Below are positions 31,290 through 39,389 of a stretch of 64,000 bases of DNA, one piece after another. The stretch comes from Planctomycetales bacterium (lineage in GTDB: Bacteria; 4484-113). A program made the translations under genes and the position numbers. The DNA lies in assembly GCA_037441675.1 (NCBI GenBank), contig JBBIRS010000001.1, forward strand, positions 320,001 through 384,000. The letters run 5' to 3'. Position 1 is the stretch's first letter. Each line of letters starts with the position of its first letter. The notes beneath the pieces were generated by a model that was not told the origin of the DNA, searched no databases, and saw only the letters and a program-made list of their open reading frames with translations.

Positions 31290-33092
31290 TCAAGTTATAT
31301 CTTCTATTATTTCTCCCGTTGATACACTAACCAAAGCAAGATGTCTTTGGCCCGACTCTCCCATTGAAACAATCAATAAATCCTCGCCCGGATTTGGCGA
31401 AAAGGCAAAACTGTGGATATCCGTGGAGAAGTTAGTCACCTGTCGATAGATTGTGCCTGATAGATCAAATAGCCAGATGTTTTTCCTTCCGCCAAAATCG
31501 CTAAGGACCGCAACGGATTCGCCATCAGCAGACCAAACCGCAAAAGTCTCATTACTTGAGAGAGCGCTCGTGAGATTAAAGTTAACCGCCCTACTTTCGC
31601 CGAGAAATCCGCTCTTTATAAACACGTCCGCATCTCCACCGTCATCTGTGATGAATAGAAGTTGATTGTCCTGTAATGGATGAAAATTGGGCTCAGATTC
31701 GCTTCTAAAAAACGAAATATCCGCTTCTCTTTGGAAACTTCCGTCTCGGTTCATGGTGAAAATCTTAGCTGGCAGATTGAATCCCTGTCTCTTTGTATAG
31801 GCGATTGTTTGCGAAAATGTGCTTGAAAAGTCGGGTTGAATCTCGTCATTTAACGACGTCGTGAGCTGGATTACCTCCCTCGTCGCAAGCCTCATTGAGT
31901 ATATATCCCAATTTCCATTCTCATCGCTCTGATAGCTCACATATACGCCATCCGAGGATAAACGTGGGTGCCTTTCATTAAAGTCAGTCTCGGTTAAGCG
32001 GGTTAACTCCTTTCCATCTAGCTTTAGCGAAAATAGCTCGTAGGTCCCACCTATCTTCCTAGAAAAGACAATAACGTTTCCAAAGCGCGTCCAATCTGGC
32101 TCAATATCGTCTGTAACCTGTGCAACCTGCCCAGTTACAAAAGTTAATTCAACAGGCGAGGAAATATTCCCTGCGTCATCTTTCAAGCCTAGTATTGAAA
32201 CTGTATATCTTGTGTTTGCTTGAAGTAGTTCGATAAATTTAATCTTCAGTTTTCTTTCCTTGATGCTTACCTCAAAAGGTATGTTGGGGTTTATAGCGAG
32301 CGCCAAATCCGATCTCGTTTGATTGGGGTTAAGTTTATCCGAGAAAGTCAACTCCACTTCAACGTTTCTAAAGACATTTGTTTCATCATTTTCGGGCGAA
32401 CTTCCAATAAGAATTGCGGGGACGTTATCATCATCGGAAACGGTAAAGTATGTGTAAACATCCACACCTAAGGAGTTACCCTCTATGTCGCGCAAATTTC
32501 TAGAGATTGCCAAGCGGTACTGTTGCGTCTCATCAAGCTCAAACTTCGGACGGATGGTAAGAACTGCCCCTTCAATGGCTAGGTCAAGCTCGCCAGAGTA
32601 TGGAGATAGGCTAATGTAATCTTTCACATTTTCTGGCATCAATTCCCTGCTGAACAGTAATTCAATTTCCGCATTTTGGGGAACTTCTGTGCCCCTCAGT
32701 GGAGGGTTTACTCTAGTGAGCGCGAAGTTCTCGGGGTTTCTGTCCAATACAAGCCTTGCATCTAAAATGTTGCCTCCAAGATTAACCATAGTAGCGAGAA
32801 AAGTCCCATCAGGAGCTTGAGCGCTTATGTTGTAATTTCCGCCGGATAAATTTTCAAATCTAAAATTTCCATCCTCATCAGTTTCCGTGTAAAGTTGGGA
32901 GAGTTGGATAATCGCGCCCGCGATGGCTCTTGCATCTTCATCAACAACTTTCCCGGCATAGGTGAACTTCTCCATAGGTGTTGGCGGTTTAGGTTGCGGT
33001 GATTTACCCCCACCTCCGCCACAACCAACTAGTATGAACTGAATTGAAGCAAATAGCGTCAAACAAACAGCTGTTCTCCTGCTGACAATCAT
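31290..33092 (-). CDS. Lipoprotein: carboxypeptidase-regulatory-like domain, two Ig-like (Big_5-type) domains, TolB-like beta-propeller
   Basis: Lipobox 'ILVGC'; 'TDEDGNFRF'; 'IELLFS...L..N/TQY' Ig repeats; PD40-like 'PRLSSDG', 'WSADGE', 'FSPN'. Confidence 0.75.
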   Translation of the reverse strand: MIVSRRTAVCLTLFASIQFILVGCGGGGGKSPQPKPPTPMEKFTYAGKVVDEDARAIAGAIIQLSQLYTETDEDGNFRFENLSGGNYNISAQAPDGTFLATMVNLGGNILDARLVLDRNPENFALTRVNPPLRGTEVPQNAEIELLFSRELMPENVKDYISLSPYSGELDLAIEGAVLTIRPKFELDETQQYRLAISRNLRDIEGNSLGVDVYTYFTVSDDDNVPAILIGSSPENDETNVFRNVEVELTFSDKLNPNQTRSDLALAINPNIPFEVSIKERKLKIKFIELLQANTRYTVSILGLKDDAGNISSPVELTFVTGQVAQVTDDIEPDWTRFGNVIVFSRKIGGTYELFSLKLDGKELTRLTETDFNERHPRLSSDGVYVSYQSDENGNWDIYSMRLATREVIQLTTSLNDEIQPDFSSTFSQTIAYTKRQGFNLPAKIFTMNRDGSFQREADISFFRSESEPNFHPLQDNQLLFITDDGGDADVFIKSGFLGESRAVNFNLTSALSSNETFAVWSADGESVAVLSDFGGRKNIWLFDLSGTIYRQVTNFSTDIHSFAFSPNPGEDLLIVSMGESGQRHLALVSVSTGEIIEDIT

Positions 33093-34075
33093 TTCAGCTC
33101 AGTTATAGCCATTTCACCGCTCTGAGAATAAATTAAAATCTTACTTTCAAGCGAGTCGAACAGGATCTTACCCGCATTGGAGAGATTGGCCGGCAAGCTC
33201 ATTAAGGCGCTCTCTGTCTTATCTGCTGTCTTTTCTATCATCCTTATTTCATTACCATAACTTAAAAGAATCTTGCCAGATTTCAACGGAAGAAAATCCG
33301 TTGGATATTGGTACTGCTTAAAAGGGCTGTCTAAAGTTAATTCTGATACCACCTTCGGAATTGAAGGGCTGTTCGTACCATCTGCATGAAGGCTTACGAT
33401 GATTAAACGCTGATCCAAAGGCGCAAGCGCATAAAGAAAAATCTTCTCGCCATATATGATGCTTTTAAGTGAGGTTGTATGCCTTCTTCCAAGTGGAAAC
33501 TGCCAGACCAATTCTCCTTTCCAGCTCTGAGAAATTAGGCTTCCCTCCTCCAAAAGGATTATTAGAGTTCCTTCTCTGCGATTTTGAACAATTCCAGTTA
33601 CTGCAGAGTTTTTCACATCTTGACTTAGCTTCTCGCGAGCAATGCTTGCTTTCCTAACTGAATTTCCGTCGGTGGTGAATTCGTGGACTATGTCCTCATA
33701 AGCGTCGTAAATGATAATTCTATCCCCACCGCTAAAAATGAGTGTTGGCTTGAAGGGCTTGGTTATACCCGCTTCACTTCTGAAGCTTTTACGACTATCG
33801 TCCCTTAAGTTTATTATAGTTAATAATCCCTCCTTGCTCAATGTAACAACAACCAACTCCGGAGAGAGAAGAGTAGCGCGAGTAATTTCCACTCCTACTT
33901 GAATGGTTTTGCGAAGCTGAAAGTCCATTTTGGAGCTTGAGTAAGATGTCAAACTTAGAATTAGTGGGGAAACTAACAAAATTGAAAGAATAAAAATGCG
34001 ACAAAAATTTATCTTAAGTGAATAGCCCGCTCGCTTTTTTATTTCCCTCTGATAGTATTTTAGCGACCATTCCAT
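33089..34075 (-). CDS. Hypothetical exported or membrane-anchored beta-rich (propeller-like) protein
   Basis: 328-aa ORF with an N-terminal hydrophobic segment; ATGA overlap with the downstream lipoprotein gene. Confidence 0.6.
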   Translation of the reverse strand: MEWSLKYYQREIKKRAGYSLKINFCRIFILSILLVSPLILSLTSYSSSKMDFQLRKTIQVGVEITRATLLSPELVVVTLSKEGLLTIINLRDDSRKSFRSEAGITKPFKPTLIFSGGDRIIIYDAYEDIVHEFTTDGNSVRKASIAREKLSQDVKNSAVTGIVQNRREGTLIILLEEGSLISQSWKGELVWQFPLGRRHTTSLKSIIYGEKIFLYALAPLDQRLIIVSLHADGTNSPSIPKVVSELTLDSPFKQYQYPTDFLPLKSGKILLSYGNEIRMIEKTADKTESALMSLPANLSNAGKILFDSLESKILIYSQSGEMAITELK

Positions 34076-34147
34076 AATAACAGAAACATTCTTGTAATGT
34101 CCTCTTGAGTATAGCAGAGATTCTCTCTTTGAAGGCGGACAAAATAG

Positions 34148-34156
34148 TGCTAAAAT
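34148..34156 (+). promoter_or_regulatory. Extended -10 promoter (TGcTAAAAT) for the 6S RNA
   Basis: TGn-TAAAAT about 7 nt upstream of the predicted RNA 5' end. Confidence 0.6.
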
Positions 34157-34162
34157 AAAGGT

Positions 34163-34318
34163 AACGCCCTGCGGTGTTCGTTAGGTGGGATACTGAACCG
34201 AGCCAACACCTTGAGAATGGGAGCTGATGTCCTGAGCCTCGAGTGGGTGATCGGCTAGGCTCCCCCCTAGTTGTCTGGGCTCAGGGTGAAGACCCGCCAT
34301 ACGGCATTCGCGGGGCTT
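34163..34318 (+). ncRNA. ssrS: 6S RNA
   Basis: Long irregular hairpin of about 155 nt: GCCCTGCG-GTGTTCG pairs with CGGCATT-CGCGGGGC, GGTGGG with CCCGCC, CCGAGCC with GGGCTCAGGG, central bubble, GGGAGCT with GGCTCCC. Resembles the conserved 6S closing stem. Confidence 0.82.
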
Positions 34319-34395
34319 ATTCGCAAAATTTGCCTCTCGCTCTAGCCTCGCCATTCGGAGTAGCCGGCAACTGTGTTGATGTGTAAAGCTGAGTA

Positions 34396-34890
34396 TCACT
34401 GCGTTATACAGCTTCTACAGCCGAAGTGGTGGTAGCGAGCTTTCGGTAAAGCGGAACCACTTTCCAGCTTTGTATTCAATCGTTGCATTTGTATCGGTAA
34501 ACTTAGTCTGGCATAGGCAAATTGTCTCTTACGCCCAGCCCCGAATATCCTTATGATAAGCTCAAAACCCTGACCATCCTTTGTGCGAGAGTAATAAATG
34601 ACCGAACCGTCTCGTTTATCCCCTATCTCCTCTAACGATTTAAGTAGTTTCCTCTTTTCGTAAGAATAGGAAATTACCATCTGGCCAGTCATTAGTTACC
34701 GAATTCGCCTTGGTTCTCTATTTGGTGGACGACCACTACCTGAAATTGGATACTCAAGCGGAAGCCCTTCTTTTCTGAGCGAGCTTTCCATCGTTGACTT
34801 GAAAGTGGAAGTCTCAGTAACTCTTGAATTGATAACATAAGATGTCAAAGTAATCGCAAAAGCTATCGTTTTCGCTTTCACTATACCCAT
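34396..34890 (-). pseudogene. Possible decayed gene: two in-frame ORFs separated by TAA
   Basis: ORF 34696-34890 ends TAA, followed by CTA and then the in-frame ATG of ORF 34396-34692; no recognisable motif. Confidence 0.3.
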
Positions 34891-34966
34891 ATTACCTGTA
34901 AGCGCTTCCCAAGTCTAATATGAGCGTCAGTTGATGTTATGTGCAAGACACGCAATCCGGTCCCCC

Positions 34967-35335
34967 CTAGCTTAGAAAGCAAACAGAGATAAACTCACAC
35001 CCAGGCCCTGTATCAGCTGCCAACATTAACTGCCCCTTGTGATAGCATTGATTAGAAGGGCATTCAGCGCAATCAGTGAGGCATATGTAGTCGTAGGTTG
35101 TAAAGGGACAATCAGCGATAAGCCAAAGGTAGTGGCAACCCCGTGGAAGCCCATTTGCTGGCATCATAGCAAAGCCAACATAACTAATTCCTCGAGTATA
35201 ATCTTTCCACTCATTTGAGCCGATTCTGCAACACTCCGCCTTCGCAGTTAAGGAAAAAAGAGAGGAGAATGTTAGCGCCGCAAGTAGAATATTGAGACCG
35301 CCTCTAAGCCCCAAACGACTCATGTGCAACTCCAT
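34967..35335 (-). CDS. Small secreted cysteine-rich protein
   Basis: Signal peptide ending 'TAKA'; mature part of about 89 aa has 10 Cys. Confidence 0.6.
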   Translation of the reverse strand: MELHMSRLGLRGGLNILLAALTFSSLFSLTAKAECCRIGSNEWKDYTRGISYVGFAMMPANGLPRGCHYLWLIADCPFTTYDYICLTDCAECPSNQCYHKGQLMLAADTGPGCEFISVCFLS

Positions 35336-35492
35336 CTTTTTGTCTTATGCTTGACAATAAAAATTTTATTCAATTTTTTTTTGAGTTTTTCAACGGCTGA
35401 AACTGGGAATCAATATTTGAATCGTCCGTCCTAAGCCCTATCGTTGCACTTTGTGAGACTCGTAGGATGAGTGAATCAGTGTATAATTTTGC

Positions 35493-35831
35493 TTGATGGC
35501 AGAAGTCACCGAGCTTAAGGATGCCAATTTCTTTTCATATCTAGCGGGAAGCCCAATTCCCGTCGCGGTCACTTTTTACTCAAGGGGAGCAAAGCCAGCA
35601 ATGGAAGAGCTAGCCACCATTGAAGAGCTCGCAATTGAGTACGACGGAGTTGTCAAATTCGCCAAAGCTAACGTAAACGAAACTGAACGGGCTGTGGATT
35701 TTCTAGGAATACTTTGCGTGCCATCAATCATTCTCTTTCAAAAACAAAAAATCATTGATAGGATAGTTGGTCTAATCAGTCGAGAGAAGCTTGCGGAAAG
35801 GCTTGAGGAGAATTTGAGAAGACTAGTCTAA
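35493..35831 (+). CDS. Thioredoxin-fold protein lacking the CXXC motif
   Basis: Thioredoxin pattern 'PVAVTFY...LAIEYDG.VKFAKANV...GILCVPSIILF...DRIVG', with 'GAKPA' in place of WCGPC. Confidence 0.82.
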   Translation: MMAEVTELKDANFFSYLAGSPIPVAVTFYSRGAKPAMEELATIEELAIEYDGVVKFAKANVNETERAVDFLGILCVPSIILFQKQKIIDRIVGLISREKLAERLEENLRRLV

Positions 35832-35891
35832 AAGATGGACTGATTCTATATCTGGAAATGTAAAGTCTAAGCTGTTGGAATAGATGCGTAA

Positions 35892-37055
35892 ATGGCTATT
35901 AGAAGAGTTTACTTGGATTATTCCGCAACGACCTTCGTAAGGGAAGAAGTTCTTGCGGAGATGCGTAAATATTTCTCCGTAGTTTTCGGAAATCCATCCT
36001 CCCTTCATTCTTTTGGCAGAGAAGCTAGAATCGCCCTTGACGACTCACGGGAAAAGATAGCGGAATGTCTTCAAGTTAAACCTACCGAGATTGTCTTTAC
36101 CTCAGGCGGTAGCGAGGCGGATAACTTAGCCATAAAGGGAACCGCCTGGCACTTGAAGGAAAAAGGCAACCACATAATCACTAGCCAAATAGAGCATCAC
36201 GCTGTTCTTAACACCTGCAAATGGCTTGAACGACAAGGTTTTCGCGTTACTTACCTGCCCGTTGATGGCGAAGGTTTTGTGAACCTGGACATCTTGAAAA
36301 AAGAAATTTGCGAAGAAACAATTCTTATCAGCATAATGGCAGGCAACAATGAAGTAGGCACAATTCAAAACATTGCAGAAATTGCGAGGATAGCAAAGGG
36401 AAATGGCGTGCGCTTCCACACGGATGCGGTGCAGTTTGCCTGCTATATGGATTTGAAACTGGCTGAGATACCAATTGATATGGCTAGCTTTTCTTCGCAT
36501 AAATTCTACGGCCCAAAGGGCGTTGGGTTTTTGTTTCTGCGCGAAGGGTGCAAGATTGAGCCGTTACTTCACGGAGGCTCCCAGGAGTGGGAGAAAAGGG
36601 CAGGGACGGAGAACTTGGCGGGCATTGTCGGGATGGCTAAAGCCTTCCAGCTTGCAACTAGCGAAAGGAAAACGGAAACTCCACGCCTAATCGCTCTCCG
36701 AGACAAACTTATAGATGGCATTCTGAGCAGAGTTGAAAACGCAAAGGTTAATGGCGCACGTGTTGAAAGACTCCCAAATAATGCCAACATTGCCTTCTTA
36801 GGGCTTGATGCAGAACAGATGCTTGTTCAGCTGGATATGGAAGGGATTGCAGCAAGTAGCGGTTCAGCCTGCGCCTCTGGCTCTACCGAGCCAAGCCATG
36901 TTTTATTGGCTATGGGCGTTGAACCAGAAGAAATCCGGGGCTCCATCAGATTTAGCCTTGGTCTTAAAAGTGACACGGAACAAATAGACTTTCTTCTAAA
37001 TAAGATTTCCGAAATTGTTGAAAGACAGCGAAGGATTCATTCAGTAGTATTATAA
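35892..37055 (+). CDS. iscS: Cysteine desulfurase, NifS/IscS class I
   Basis: 'YLDYSATT', 'GNPSSLH', 'FTSGGSEADN', PLP-Lys 'SSHKFYGPKG', catalytic 'SSGSAC'. Confidence 0.95.
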   Translation: MAIRRVYLDYSATTFVREEVLAEMRKYFSVVFGNPSSLHSFGREARIALDDSREKIAECLQVKPTEIVFTSGGSEADNLAIKGTAWHLKEKGNHIITSQIEHHAVLNTCKWLERQGFRVTYLPVDGEGFVNLDILKKEICEETILISIMAGNNEVGTIQNIAEIARIAKGNGVRFHTDAVQFACYMDLKLAEIPIDMASFSSHKFYGPKGVGFLFLREGCKIEPLLHGGSQEWEKRAGTENLAGIVGMAKAFQLATSERKTETPRLIALRDKLIDGILSRVENAKVNGARVERLPNNANIAFLGLDAEQMLVQLDMEGIAASSGSACASGSTEPSHVLLAMGVEPEEIRGSIRFSLGLKSDTEQIDFLLNKISEIVERQRRIHSVVL

Positions 37056-37134
37056 ATTTCCACTTAACACAGCTTTCTTGGGTAAGAAATTTATCAAATA
37101 TGTATATACAATATTCATAAATATTATTATACTA

Positions 37135-37366
37135 TGTGATTTTATTCACTAAATATATGTGATTAAAATCATTTATAATTGATATAGCAGTAAAAATCCT
37201 AATATTATCCATATAATCCGATAATTTCAAGCTATTTATAACCTGTTGCTCATTCATTTATCTAAGATAATTTAATAATTTTATACTTCATACCGTTGAC
37301 AGAGATTGTTACATATGGTATATTATAATAGACTAAGAAATATATATATTGTGAATGAAAGCACAT
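37135..37366 (+). promoter_or_regulatory. hdr/mvh operon promoter with three TGTGA-N6-(T/G)CA palindromic sites
   Basis: TTGACA (37296)-17 bp-TATATT (37319) with TGn extension; sites TGTGAttttatTCACT (37135), TGTGAttaaaaTCATT (37158), TTGTGAAtgaaaGCACAT (37349). Confidence 0.6.
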
Positions 37367-37399
37367 AATATTAGTGGTATTTATAACAAGCATAACGAG

Positions 37400-37879
37400 A
37401 TGGACACCCACGAACCCTCTACCGGCGTTTACACAATCGGTGTGGCTTCTAGGATGCTTGGTATCCCGGTGACAATCATAAGAGAGTACGAAGCTTGGGG
37501 TTTAGTTCGTCCTTGTGTTACCGCAACTCAAAGGAGAATGTTCTCAGACATTGACATTCAGATTATGCGTGAACTTAGAAAACTTCAGAAGGATTTCCAC
37601 CTCAATCTTGCTTCATTGAGGTTTCTCGCCGGTTGTCTTCCCTGTTGGATACTTAAGCCCTGTTCCTTAAGGGATCGCAAGAGCTGTCAAGTTCCATTTC
37701 GGACTGGGGTTCCCTGTTGGGAGTGTGAGGATGCGGTATGCAAGCCAACTTGTGAAGATTGTAGGTCGTGTCGCGTTTATCGTTCTTTAGCTAATCTCAG
37801 TTCCCTCAAACAAGTCCTACGAGAGGCGCTGATTAACTTTGAGGGTGTTGTGAGGGATTTTGTTCTTGAGGAGGTATAG
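37400..37879 (+). CDS. MerR-family regulator with Cys-rich C-terminal domain
   Basis: 'YTIGVASRMLG...IREYEAWGLV.P....RRMFS..DI'; 10 Cys in the C-terminal ~50 aa. Start at 37400 or 37355. Confidence 0.88.
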   Translation: MDTHEPSTGVYTIGVASRMLGIPVTIIREYEAWGLVRPCVTATQRRMFSDIDIQIMRELRKLQKDFHLNLASLRFLAGCLPCWILKPCSLRDRKSCQVPFRTGVPCWECEDAVCKPTCEDCRSCRVYRSLANLSSLKQVLREALINFEGVVRDFVLEEV

Positions 37880-38506
37880 ATGACGCGAAAAGAGCTTGTT
37901 TCTCAATCCATCAGTTCAAAGGCGAAGCTAAAGGCGGAGGAGCTCTGCAAAATTTTTCTGGAGGAGATACGGAGGATCCCAGATGGCGAGAGGGTTGACC
38001 TTTGCATTCAGTGTGGAACCTGTTCAGGTTCTTGTCCAACCGCAAGCCTTATGGACTACTCACCCAGGGAGATTATCGCAGCGTTAAGAGCGGGATTGCT
38101 GGATAGAGTTTTAATGAGCAACACTGTTTGGCTTTGCACCTCCTGTTACTACTGCACCGTTCGCTGCCCTCAAAGGATTAAGTTCCCGGACATTATGTAT
38201 GAGCTAAAGAGGCTTGGTTCTGAGTACGGTTACTTTCCAAAGAAGGCAAAAGCTCCTGTTATGGCGAATATTTTCATAAACCTTGTTGACGAACTTGGCA
38301 GGAACCATGAGGGAAACCTAATGATGCGGTATTACCTCAAGACTGGTCTTGCGGATGCTTTTAGGAACGCAGGGCGCGGATTTAAGCTTTACACGAATGG
38401 CAGAATTTCCCCGCGTGGTTCAAGGATTAAGGGCATTGACCAGTTAAGGAAAATCAGAGAAGCATTAGCCCCCTTTGACGTTCATAAAAAGAAGGAGGCG
38501 CCGTAA
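37880..38506 (+). CDS. hdrC: Heterodisulfide reductase-like subunit C
   Basis: 'CIQCGTCSGSCP' and 'WLCTSCYYCTVRCP'. Confidence 0.93.
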   Translation: MTRKELVSQSISSKAKLKAEELCKIFLEEIRRIPDGERVDLCIQCGTCSGSCPTASLMDYSPREIIAALRAGLLDRVLMSNTVWLCTSCYYCTVRCPQRIKFPDIMYELKRLGSEYGYFPKKAKAPVMANIFINLVDELGRNHEGNLMMRYYLKTGLADAFRNAGRGFKLYTNGRISPRGSRIKGIDQLRKIREALAPFDVHKKKEAP

Positions 38507-39381
38507 TGGATTATCTTTTCTTCCCGGGCTGTTCACTAGAGTTCACCTCCCGCGGATATGACAAATCATCTCGGGCGGTGGCGGAAGCGCTAGGTTGCGT
38601 GCTTAAAGACCTTCCCGACTGGAACTGCTGTGGTGCCACAAGTTATATGTCTATCAGAGAGCTGCGCTCCCACGGATTATCCGCCAGGAATTTAGCTCTT
38701 GCGGAGGCGGAAGGTGCAAGCGAGCTTATCACCGTTTGCTCCGCCTGTTACACGGTTCTAAACAAGACTAACGATTACATTTCCGAAATGCCCGACTTTG
38801 CGCAGAAGATTCGCACAGCTCTTGCATCCGCTGGACTTAAGTACGATGGCACGGTGAGAGTTCGGCACTTACTTGACGTAATCGTCAACGATATTGGATT
38901 GGAGGCGGTCAACGAGAAAGTAGTCAAACCACTGACGGGTATGAAGGTAGCCTGCTACTACGGCTGTCAGTTAACACGTCCACACGGAAGATTTGATGAC
39001 CCCGAGTATCCCCAAACCCTTGATCTTCTAGTTGAGGCGCTAGGAGCAACCCCGGTGGATTATCCGCTGAAGGCCAAGTGCTGTGGGGCGATGGTTGTCA
39101 GCACGCAGAGGAACGACCTTCTTCCGCTGGTTGACGCCTTGCTTGGTGCCGCTCTAGAAGCTCAAGCGGACTGCATCGTTACTCCCTGTCCCCTCTGCCA
39201 CTTTAACCTTGAGTTTTATCAGGATGACGTTAATCGTCAGCTTGGTGCGGATTACAAAATCCCCATCCACTACTTCACCCAGCTCATTGGGCTAGCTCTT
39301 GGGCTTGACGTAAGAGAGCTTGGCTTTGGGTTAGAGCTAATTCCATCTGAAAATCTCATTAGCGTTTACGCTGGGAAATAG
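38506..39381 (+). CDS. hdrB: Heterodisulfide reductase-like subunit B
   Basis: Two CCG domains: 'FPGC...WNCCG...CSAC' and 'YYGC...KCCG...CPLC'. Confidence 0.94.
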   Translation: MDYLFFPGCSLEFTSRGYDKSSRAVAEALGCVLKDLPDWNCCGATSYMSIRELRSHGLSARNLALAEAEGASELITVCSACYTVLNKTNDYISEMPDFAQKIRTALASAGLKYDGTVRVRHLLDVIVNDIGLEAVNEKVVKPLTGMKVACYYGCQLTRPHGRFDDPEYPQTLDLLVEALGATPVDYPLKAKCCGAMVVSTQRNDLLPLVDALLGAALEAQADCIVTPCPLCHFNLEFYQDDVNRQLGADYKIPIHYFTQLIGLALGLDVRELGFGLELIPSENLISVYAGK

Positions 39382-39389
39382 GAGGCAAA

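Noticed and set aside
34181..34399. 72-aa minus-strand ORF
   Set aside because: Antisense to the structured 6S-like RNA, which explains the sequence better.
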